From a virus: a stretch of DNA of 64,000 nucleotides. The notes under the pieces were generated by a model. The model worked only from the letters and a program-made list of their open reading frames with translations. It was not told where the DNA came from and ran no database searches. This document shows, piece by piece, positions 48,854 through 55,920 of this stretch. The stretch lies in IMG/VR virus record IMGVR_UViG_3300008261_003175, one strand, 5' to 3'. Made by a program: the position numbers and the translations under genes. How positions within the stretch are numbered: the stretch's first letter is position 1; the number at the start of each line of letters is the position of its first letter.

Positions 48854-49462
48854 ATGACACAAACAGCAGTAGAATTACTAATAGAACAAATTACAAGCAC
48901 ATATAGAATGCATTTACCTAATTGGGAATTTCCAAATAAAGAATATTTTATAGAAATGGAAAAGCAACAGATAGAAGATGCTTGGTATGCAGGTGATGAA
49001 GATGGACCTATACATGACTTTGAAGATTATTACAACGAAACTTATGCAAGTAAGGGAAGTGATGTTATGACACAAGAGCAACAGTATTCAGAAACACTAC
49101 AACGAGTTATGCAACACAACGCCATCAACGACCACTTGAAGTTGGTAAACGATTGCAAGGACAGAATGCCGGCTTTAGCTAACGAATTGGGAGCAGACAG
49201 TTACAAGGTGACTTGGTCGATAGAGGCAGAAGACGATACGATAGTGTATAACTGTTCGGTTGGCATTCAGATGCCTCACCATTGGATGGGCAGCTACGTC
49301 AGCGCATCGCATCCGTTCGAAAAGGCCGAAGCCGCTATCAGAGAGATGTACGCCAAGTACGCACAAGAAGCAGAAAAGAAACGACGCAGAACAGAAGAAG
49401 AGCGGATCAAGGCAGCACTATATGACGATTACTTGGCGCAGAAATCGAGTACTAAAGGCTAA
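48854..49462 (+). CDS. Modular 'TAVEWL' family protein fused to a second domain
   Basis: MTQTAVELLIE..EMEKQQIEDA..YYNETYASKGSD, then an internal GTTATG start. Confidence 0.65.
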   Translation: MTQTAVELLIEQITSTYRMHLPNWEFPNKEYFIEMEKQQIEDAWYAGDEDGPIHDFEDYYNETYASKGSDVMTQEQQYSETLQRVMQHNAINDHLKLVNDCKDRMPALANELGADSYKVTWSIEAEDDTIVYNCSVGIQMPHHWMGSYVSASHPFEKAEAAIREMYAKYAQEAEKKRRRTEEERIKAALYDDYLAQKSSTKG

Positions 49463-49476
49463 AAAGCACCGGGACC

Positions 49477-49522
49477 ACCGGGAAGTTTTTCTTCCTGTCC
49501 AGAAAATAAATCTGTATATTTA
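49477..49522 (+). promoter_or_regulatory. Class-2 promoter: ACCGGG box 38 bp upstream of TATATTTA
   Basis: Same 38-bp spacing at 50222/50260 and 51771/51809. Confidence 0.6.
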
Positions 49523-49533
49523 ACCTAAACAAC

Positions 49534-49830
49534 ATGAAACAGACAATCAAATCTCGCCTACTCGACTGGGTAGAATCACAAGACTCGGCCTCATTCACCG
49601 CAATTATCGAACAGGCTCACGATCTCAAACACGGAGTCGGCAGTTGGAGCAAGAATCCAAACCGTCGCGGCTGGTTCAGTGATGCTTTCACTGGCCAGTG
49701 GCGCTATGATAGACCAAACGATCAGCACCGCAGTTATCAAATCGGCTATATGGTCCGTCGCGGTGTGAAATCTGGTTGGCTGGAAAAGCAGCCAAACGGA
49801 CTCTACAAGACAGTTCGCTATAAATTATAA
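49534..49830 (+). CDS. Winged-helix-like protein, paralog of the central domain of 56086-57210
   Basis: FTAII..HG.GS..RRGWF..WLEKQPNGLY. Confidence 0.6.
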   Translation: MKQTIKSRLLDWVESQDSASFTAIIEQAHDLKHGVGSWSKNPNRRGWFSDAFTGQWRYDRPNDQHRSYQIGYMVRRGVKSGWLEKQPNGLYKTVRYKL

Positions 49831-49848
49831 ACCCAAATCAAACAAGTT

Positions 49849-50049
49849 ATGCAAGCAGAATTTATCCAAGAAGAACGCATCGACGGCACTGTCGTCTACT
49901 ACACGCGTGTTGATGGCTACTACGTATCGGACTCTCTCAGCTTTCACAAGGATCGGGCCGAACAGTACTACGCTCGCATCGCGGAAGAGGAGCTCATCAA
50001 AAAGGCTTTGTACGAAGACTACTTGGCACAAAAATCAAACACCAAATAA
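49849..50049 (+). CDS. Small protein sharing a C-terminal module with 48854-49462
   Basis: EEELIKKALYEDYLAQKSNTK. Confidence 0.6.
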   Translation: MQAEFIQEERIDGTVVYYTRVDGYYVSDSLSFHKDRAEQYYARIAEEELIKKALYEDYLAQKSNTK

Positions 50050-50056
50050 CACACGC

Positions 50057-50218
50057 ATGAGTCCAGCAATAATTTTCGGTTGGTCGCTGCTTTTCGCAGC
50101 TGCCTATGAACAACGCACAGAAAAAGACGAGGACATACGCATAGCAGCGGTTACTGTACTCTCCAGCGTGGCGCTAGGCTGTTTCTTGGGCCACTTTTTA
50201 GACGCTGTTTTTGCATAA
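50057..50218 (+). CDS. Small two-TM protein
   Basis: ATG 50057; hydrophobic. Confidence 0.5.
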   Translation: MSPAIIFGWSLLFAAAYEQRTEKDEDIRIAAVTVLSSVALGCFLGHFLDAVFA

Positions 50219-50221
50219 CGC

Positions 50222-50267
50222 ACCGGGGACGGGGATTAAATTTTTAATTTTTAAACGCATATATTTA
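50222..50267 (+). promoter_or_regulatory. Class-2 promoter (ACCGGG ... TATATTTA)
   Basis: 38-bp spacing. Confidence 0.55.
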
Positions 50268-50272
50268 CAGAT

Positions 50273-50785
50273 ATGATATACAGACAGATACAAATCAACG
50301 ACACAGTCAAAGTTATCGATTCGGGAGAAGTCTACAGCGGCTATACTGAAATGTTCGCCCGAATGGGGTTCAAAGACACAACGGGCAACAAGCCTTTCGG
50401 TTACGGCACCGTAGCTACCGTATTCGCCATCGACACTCACCTCGAGCACCGCAACACGCTATACGCATTGGTGGACAGCGAGGGCCGGGAGTGTTTGATT
50501 TCGGAGCGAGGCATCGAGTTGGTTGAATACACAGCAGTGGATACGTCCACGATTGACAGGATTAATGACAGGCTCGCCAAAATAGAAAGTCAATTAGATA
50601 CATTGGCAAATCGATTAAACAAGCCAAAGAAGTCCCAAACAGCTGTGGAGTGGTTGATAGACGAGCTAAAGAGTTACGACTCCAACGACGGCAACGACTA
50701 CTACGACATCTGTGTATCTGTATCGAAGATGGTAGAGATCAAGACAAAAGCATTGGAAATGGAAAAACAACAAAATTCTAAATAG
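50273..50785 (+). CDS. SH3-like domain + coiled coil + 'TAVEWL' module
   Basis: IQINDTVKV..; KSQTAVEWLIDE..ALEMEKQQ. Confidence 0.6.
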   Translation: MIYRQIQINDTVKVIDSGEVYSGYTEMFARMGFKDTTGNKPFGYGTVATVFAIDTHLEHRNTLYALVDSEGRECLISERGIELVEYTAVDTSTIDRINDRLAKIESQLDTLANRLNKPKKSQTAVEWLIDELKSYDSNDGNDYYDICVSVSKMVEIKTKALEMEKQQNSK

Positions 50786-50949
50786 TATGAGCAAGATCAG
50801 ATACACTTCGTACATAGATGGCACGCCCAAATATGTGTATTTCAAGAAGCGCAAGCACAGAAGTCGCAGACTCAGCATGAGGTATTTCATGTGGAAGGCC
50901 AAACAGTGGGCAATCGAACCGGGATTATTACACTAATTAAAACTATTAT

Positions 50950-51366
50950 ATGAGTACATTCAACATTGACTTTTACGAATTGGCTTTTCTAGCGGAAGCT
51001 TGCATTCCGCCAAGGCCGATTGCGAGATCTATGTTCTGGAACAATCTGACTAGCGTTTACTGGCACAAAATGAGTGACGCTGAGAGAGCTCACCTTTTCG
51101 ACTGGATGAACAAGAACGACTGCTACAAAGAGAGTCTGCTAAAGCAGAGCGATACGCAAGTTTTTCATGCTCGATTTGATCCAGATAATCAGTATATAGT
51201 TACCACCAATTGGAATGGCAGACTAGAAGAGCATCGAGTGTTTAAACAAACGGTCAGAGAATCCGATGGCGAATCAACGGAACGTTATTACACCGGCATC
51301 AATTCTCATATTGTGTCAGAGTACATAACATCGGTAAACAAATTCACGCCTAAAAGAGAATACTAG
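50950..51366 (+). CDS. Hypothetical protein
   Basis: FYELAFLAEACIPPRPIARSMFW. Confidence 0.7.
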   Translation: MSTFNIDFYELAFLAEACIPPRPIARSMFWNNLTSVYWHKMSDAERAHLFDWMNKNDCYKESLLKQSDTQVFHARFDPDNQYIVTTNWNGRLEEHRVFKQTVRESDGESTERYYTGINSHIVSEYITSVNKFTPKREY

Positions 51367-51367
51367 T

Positions 51368-51604
51368 ATGGAAAACAAACAAACGTGGCTCGCACGCAAA
51401 GCACAAGAACGAGCGCAGCACTACTACACAGAAGCCTATAAGCGCTGGGCGCTGGAGCTATCTCACGACAAGAACGTGACTATTGCCAAAGACATAGCAG
51501 TTTTCATTGTTAACGAGTTGTGGATCATGAGCGACGACGAGTTTTGGTCCTCTGTACGCAAGCTCATAATAGAAACCGGTCACACCGAACTTTACAAACC
51601 TTAA
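51368..51604 (+). CDS. Hypothetical protein
   Basis: AK.IA..IVNE..FW..V motif. Confidence 0.6.
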   Translation: MENKQTWLARKAQERAQHYYTEAYKRWALELSHDKNVTIAKDIAVFIVNELWIMSDDEFWSSVRKLIIETGHTELYKP

Positions 51605-51770
51605 AAAACAACTATATGAAACAAAGACTCGAAAACTTCTTCTACTTTCTAACCCTTTGGTTCTGCACGTCGGTTATCGTGTTGGCATTCATTGGACTCG
51701 CTTTTAGGGCCGTAGCGCATCTGTGCAAGTGAGATTTCTAGTGTTTAAGTAATTCTGTATTTACAGGCCT

Positions 51771-51816
51771 ACCGGGAAGTTAAATTTTTTTCTTTAGCTT
51801 TTGGCATTTATATTTA
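51771..51816 (+). promoter_or_regulatory. Class-2 promoter (ACCGGG ... TATATTTA)
   Basis: 38-bp spacing; ACCGGGAAGTT identical to the 49477 copy. Confidence 0.55.
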
Positions 51817-52085
51817 TCTAAATTCCTTTTTTATTATGGACTATATTAGAACGTGCGATGTGTATCCTACGACAAGATGCAATTGTCCTGAGAGAATGTG
51901 TCGCAGAGAAAAAGCTGAGATAGAGGCCTGGGAGAGCGATAGAAATAATAAGTTGGCCCATCAGCGCAGATTAGACGATCTTATAGAGTTTTAAATCTAC
52001 TTAAAGAGCAAAGACCTTATAAACAATTACGATTGGACTTTTGAAGAAGAAGCTGAGAAATTTCTAAACCAAAGACAAACAAAAT

Positions 52086-52406
52086 ATGAAGGAAATTAAA
52101 ATTGAAGGAGTTTCTGGATGGGACAACATTAAACCTCTAAAGAAAACAAAGCCAGAACCAAAAAGACTAAAGTGGCACACTAGTTACGGATCTATCTATG
52201 TTTATGACGATCAAGGCAACTCGTGTACTATTCAAAGGGGAAATGCTGATCACGTTTACGTAGCTGACATGTATTGCGACAGCGAGCAGTTGGATTGGGC
52301 TGAGTGTGATTACGATTTCTTTAATCACGTTCTGTGTCCGTTCACTTACGAGGATTTGAAAGACTACATTGAGAACTACAGAGACTACGTTGGTACAAGA
52401 TATTAA
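52086..52406 (+). CDS. Hypothetical protein
   Basis: A-rich start context. Confidence 0.6.
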   Translation: MKEIKIEGVSGWDNIKPLKKTKPEPKRLKWHTSYGSIYVYDDQGNSCTIQRGNADHVYVADMYCDSEQLDWAECDYDFFNHVLCPFTYEDLKDYIENYRDYVGTRY

Positions 52407-52589
52407 AAAACAAAAATAAAAGTATATGAAAAAATTAAACGAGGTTATGATGATTATTACGTTTGTAATGGCGGGACTAAGCGCTGCGATGTGCTACAAC
52501 GAGGGATTCAGAATGTGGATTTGGCAAGTTACTTGTATGGCATGGATTGGTAATTCGTATTTATTAACCAAAAGACTAAACAATAAATA

Positions 52590-52787
52590 ATGACAGGACT
52601 AGAAAGGGATTTTTTACACCAGTTGACAAGGATAGCCAATGCTCTAGAGAAGCAGAACGATCTACAAGAGAAAACGTTCGAATCGCTAAACGCTCAAGAG
52701 CCTGCACCTCAACAAACAACAGAAGAGGACGACGAAGAAAAAGCCGATATATCAGAGCTTATAAAGAAGTTATCTAAGTTTAAATAA
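52590..52787 (+). CDS. Hypothetical protein
   Basis: LTRIANALEK motif. Confidence 0.6.
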   Translation: MTGLERDFLHQLTRIANALEKQNDLQEKTFESLNAQEPAPQQTTEEDDEEKADISELIKKLSKFK

Positions 52788-52806
52788 AAAACAAAAAATA
52801 AAAGTT

Positions 52807-53004
52807 ATGATTACAAAATCAATGTTATTGAAAGCGGAAAACAACTACGGCGTTGACGTTGTATTGGAAGTACAAGAGTGCGTAGAAAAAATGGGACTCA
52901 ATAGAGCTTACGATAATTATCATTATTCGGAGCAGTACGATCACGTTAAGTGTTTGGATTATCTATACGCAGAAGACGAATTTGCATCAGGATCTTTTTA
53001 CTAA
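52807..53004 (+). CDS. Hypothetical protein
   Basis: AAAAGTTATG start. Confidence 0.6.
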   Translation: MITKSMLLKAENNYGVDVVLEVQECVEKMGLNRAYDNYHYSEQYDHVKCLDYLYAEDEFASGSFY

Positions 53005-53014
53005 AATATAAACA

Positions 53015-53242
53015 ATGGCAAAAGCAAAAACAACAGAACCAACAGCTGGGATCACATTTATAATCACCGATGCTCAAGTTAAAAAGCTAAATGAGTGGAA
53101 ACAGGCTCACAACACAATTTTCGGATTCTGTGATGAATCTGAGTACGCATATCTTTTCACAAAGACAGAAGACGGTTATAGCGCAGTAGTTAAGAACATT
53201 TATCACGATACAGAGATAGATCTTTGCGATGATGAATCTTAA
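53015..53242 (+). CDS. Conserved small phage protein
   Basis: F.IT..Q..KLNEW..Y.F..T..G..V.N..EIDL. Confidence 0.65.
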   Translation: MAKAKTTEPTAGITFIITDAQVKKLNEWKQAHNTIFGFCDESEYAYLFTKTEDGYSAVVKNIYHDTEIDLCDDES

Positions 53243-53253
53243 GAATCTTTAAC

Positions 53254-53327
53254 TGACCCTTAGCTCAGACGGTTAGAGCATCTGACTCATAATCAGAGGG
53301 TCCACGGTTCAAATCCGTGAGGGTCAA
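53254..53327 (+). tRNA. tRNA with CAT anticodon, most likely tRNA-Ile2 (lysidine, reads AUA)
   Basis: TGACCCT/AGGGTCA acceptor; TAGCTCAG..GGTTAGAGCA D-arm; TCTGA-CTCATAA-TCAGA; CACGG-TTCAAAT-CCGTG; ileX-like body. Confidence 0.88.
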
Positions 53328-53387
53328 CAAGCAGCTTCTAGGCCAGGGGAACGAAAACTCAGGAACACCTCTCAGAAAGTTGTAAAT

Positions 53388-53510
53388 AGTCAGGTGGCGG
53401 AATGGTAGACGCTATGGCAAGTAACTGAATCCTATGGAAAAGTACAATCCAATTTGGCAGTAAGTGAACCCATACCAGACGTGGAGCAGGTTCGAATCCT
53501 GTCCTGACTA
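53388..53510 (+). ncRNA. tRNA-like RNA 1 (Leu-type D arm; anticodon loop replaced by a 52-nt insert)
   Basis: AGTCAGG/CCTGACT acceptor; GGCGGAATGGTAGACGC; TATGG..CCATA; CCA-GACG-TGG; GCAGG-TTCGAAT-CCTGT. Confidence 0.75.
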
Positions 53511-53593
53511 CAATATACTATCCGCTTTAAGCATCCGACAGTAACATCGGACTGAGGAATGTAGATGGTAAGGGGTAAGGAAAAGACCAAAAT

Positions 53594-53670
53594 AGTCAGG
53601 TGTGTATTAAAAGGACACAGCATCCAACGGATGAACGGCGGAAGTACAGGTTCGACTCCTGTCCTGACTA
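53594..53670 (+). ncRNA. tRNA-like RNA 2 (no anticodon loop)
   Basis: Same AGTCAGG/CCTGACT acceptor; ACAGG-TTCGACT-CCTGT T arm; GTGT/ACAC D stem; CATCC-AAC-GGATG triloop. Confidence 0.72.
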
Positions 53671-53757
53671 CGAGGGGAAATAATCTCAACCAGCCCTAGT
53701 ATCATATTATAGGCGCCAATGTTGGTAAGGTTGACAAACGGGGAAAGACCCGTATAT

Positions 53758-53828
53758 TGTGACGTGATGTAACGGTAACATTACAGATTTTGATTCTGTC
53801 CTTCATGGTTCGAATCCATGCGTCACAT
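53758..53828 (+). tRNA. tRNA-Gln(UUG)
   Basis: TGTGACG/CGTCACA; ACAGA-TTTTGAT-TCTGT; CATGG-TTCGAAT-CCATG. Confidence 0.92.
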
Positions 53829-53833
53829 CAATA

Positions 53834-53905
53834 GCCGCGTTGGTCAAGGGGTTAAGACGTGTCCCTTTCACGGACAAATCACGGGTTCGATTCCCGTACG
53901 TGGTA
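53834..53905 (+). tRNA. tRNA-Glu(UUC)
   Basis: GCCGCGT/ACGTGGT; TGTCC-CTTTCAC-GGACA; ACGGG-TTCGATT-CCCGT. Confidence 0.93.
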
Positions 53906-53920
53906 CTAAAACTTTTAATT

Positions 53921-54196
53921 ATGAAAAAAATCATCTTCGCTGCGCTAGTCGGTATAGTGCTGACAGCAGCAACAATTCCACAGTTCTTTTATTATAATCA
54001 AACAAGAAAAGCTATTGCCGTTAGAGACGACCAAGAAGGCACTCTAGTGATTAGAACCTCAACAGGTGTACAAGTAATGGCAGCTCAGTATCCAGCTAAT
54101 AGAAGTTGGTGGATTAGCGTTACTAAACTAGCTCCTGGATTCTATACAGCAATGACACCAGACGGAGCGATCATTACTTTCTACAAGCGTCCTTAA
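53921..54196 (+). CDS. Signal peptide plus stand-alone T9SS type-A C-terminal sorting-domain-like protein
   Basis: MKKIIFAALVGIVLTAA; LVIRTSTGVQV..ISVTKLAPGFY..ITFYKR; true start 53921 (track start lies in tRNA-Glu). Confidence 0.55.
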   Translation: MKKIIFAALVGIVLTAATIPQFFYYNQTRKAIAVRDDQEGTLVIRTSTGVQVMAAQYPANRSWWISVTKLAPGFYTAMTPDGAIITFYKRP

Positions 54197-54279
54197 AAAC
54201 AAGTTAATATGATACTTTTATTAATTGTAGTACTAGCTATTATTTACGGTGCTATCGTACTACTAAAACAAGACAAGTT

Positions 54280-54540
54280 ATGAAGAAACTAATATTACTA
54301 CTAACAGTGTTATCCTCCTGTGTAGTATTTAAACCTCGTCCTGAGCCAAGGTATTGTGTTGTAGTGGATGAAGTAATCTATAAAAAGAATAACACAGCAT
54401 CTATTAGACCAAGAAGTAACAAGAAAGGACCGGAGTGGTGGACAGGCACAACTATATGGTTTAGGTATCCAAATCACAACATACACAGAGGAGACACAGT
54501 AGAGATAACTATGAAGGACGCTATTGGACCAAGATTCTAA
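54280..54540 (+). CDS. Small lipoprotein
   Basis: MKKLILLLTVLSSC lipobox. Confidence 0.65.
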   Translation: MKKLILLLTVLSSCVVFKPRPEPRYCVVVDEVIYKKNNTASIRPRSNKKGPEWWTGTTIWFRYPNHNIHRGDTVEITMKDAIGPRF

Positions 54541-54558
54541 TCAACCAAATAAAAATAT

Positions 54559-54963
54559 ATGACAATAGCTATAGTAGCACACGACAATAAAAAAGCGGAC
54601 ATAGTAGCATTCGTTCTAAAGAGAATTGAGTTTTTTAAACGCAAAGACATCAAGATCATATCCACAGGCACCACAGGCACGCACATGAAGCATGCAGGAT
54701 TAGAGAACGTAGAGTGCTTAAAATCAGGACCATTGGGAGGTGACGCTCAAATAGCCTCTCGATTGGTAGAAGGCAGTGTCGACGCAGTTATATTCTTTAT
54801 CGATCCGCTCTATTCCCATCCTCACGAAGTAGATATACATATGTTAATGAGATTGTGTAATGTATACGATATACCGTTAGTAACCAATTACTCAACAGCA
54901 TCATATCTAATTAAAGGATTAAAATACGAGCAAAATAAAATTTCAAAAAAAGTAGATTCTTAG
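54559..54963 (+). CDS. mgsA: Methylglyoxal synthase
   Basis: IAIVAHDNKK, STGTTG, SGPLGGDAQI, FFIDPL..PHEVD..L.RLC..IPLVTN..TA. Confidence 0.95.
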   Translation: MTIAIVAHDNKKADIVAFVLKRIEFFKRKDIKIISTGTTGTHMKHAGLENVECLKSGPLGGDAQIASRLVEGSVDAVIFFIDPLYSHPHEVDIHMLMRLCNVYDIPLVTNYSTASYLIKGLKYEQNKISKKVDS

Positions 54964-55029
54964 TATTTTTGTTTATATTTATAATGGATATTATGAAAAA
55001 TCGAGCGTTAAATTTATTATAAAAAATAG

Positions 55030-55056
55030 AAAGGAGATATTAATTCTCCTTTTTTT
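55030..55056 (+). terminator. Terminator hairpin upstream of the AsnRS-like gene, after a short uORF
   Basis: AAAGGAGA-TATTAAT-TCTCCTTT + T-run. Confidence 0.7.
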
Positions 55057-55085
55057 ATGCTTATTATCGAACAAAAATAAAAACT

Positions 55086-55910
55086 ATGTACAACACAACA
55101 ATCTACGACGAATTAGTCCAAAAAATGAGAACTTTCTTCCTTGAAAAAGGCTACAAGGAAGTACCCGCGCAATCAAGATTATCGATCTTAGCGGCTTGCG
55201 AAAATCCACACTCTATTACTACTTTCGCCTATCAAGGAGAAGTATGGCCATTACCGCAAACAGGGCAAATGTGGTTAGAGTACGAACTGCTTAAAAATCC
55301 TGAATGGCCAGGAGTATTTTGTTTAACGACTTCTTATAGACAAGAAAAAAATCCAATTGCAGGCAGACACGAATTGATTTTTCCGATGTTTGAGTTTGAA
55401 AGTAAGGGCAATATGATCGATCTAGAAAATCTAGAGAACGAATTGCTTGCTCACCTGGGATTCGATAAACCAACGCAAGTTGATTACGATTCTTTGTGTA
55501 ACAAATACGATACTTCTATTTTAGAAGCAGAGCACGAAACAAAAATGTGGAATGAAATAGGTTCTGTTATATCTTTACAAAACTTCCCAATCAGAACTAA
55601 TCCGTTTTGGAATATGAAACATCAAGGAGGCGGAGTATTCAATAAGATAGACGTAATCTTGTACGGACAAGAAACGATAGGTAGCGCTGAAAGAAGTTGC
55701 GACGTAGAAAAGATGAGAGAGATGTTCTACACGATAGAGAATGGAAACTACTGCGCTAAATTATTCGAGCTGTTCGGAAAAGAAAGAGTAGAAAAAGAGT
55801 TAGAAGAGTTTTTATCTTTTAATTTCTTTCCAAGATTCGGAGCTGGTATAGGTATGACGAGACTAGCAAGAGCGTATGAGATATTGAAAGAGCAAGAAAT
55901 GTTTTTGTGA
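55086..55910 (+). CDS. Class II Asx-tRNA-synthetase catalytic domain only; probable Asp-ammonia ligase (AsnRS2/AsnA-type)
   Basis: LPQTGQMWLE, SYRQE..RH..FPMFEFE (motif 2), ETIGSAER, PRFGAGIGMTRL (motif 3); no anticodon-binding domain. Confidence 0.8.
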   Translation: MYNTTIYDELVQKMRTFFLEKGYKEVPAQSRLSILAACENPHSITTFAYQGEVWPLPQTGQMWLEYELLKNPEWPGVFCLTTSYRQEKNPIAGRHELIFPMFEFESKGNMIDLENLENELLAHLGFDKPTQVDYDSLCNKYDTSILEAEHETKMWNEIGSVISLQNFPIRTNPFWNMKHQGGGVFNKIDVILYGQETIGSAERSCDVEKMREMFYTIENGNYCAKLFELFGKERVEKELEEFLSFNFFPRFGAGIGMTRLARAYEILKEQEMFL

Positions 55911-55920
55911 TAACTAAGAT

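Noticed and set aside
53534-53590. Hammerhead ribozyme (hairpin followed by CTGAGGA ... GAAA)
   Set aside because: No stem II between CTGAGGA and GAAA, and no NUH before stem I.
53388-53670. tmRNA or group I intron-containing tRNA
   Set aside because: No G3:U70 pair and no tag ORF; the 52-nt insert is too short for a self-splicing intron, and I found no excision restoring a 7-nt anticodon loop.
53328-53757. Theta/HDV-like ribozymes after the tRNAs
   Set aside because: Could not place the nested P1-P3-P1.1 order or a catalytic C in J4/2.
53432-53920. ORF 53432-53689 (-) and the N-terminal extension of 53840-54196
   Set aside because: Both are translations of tRNA or tRNA-like sequence; the real CDS starts at 53921.
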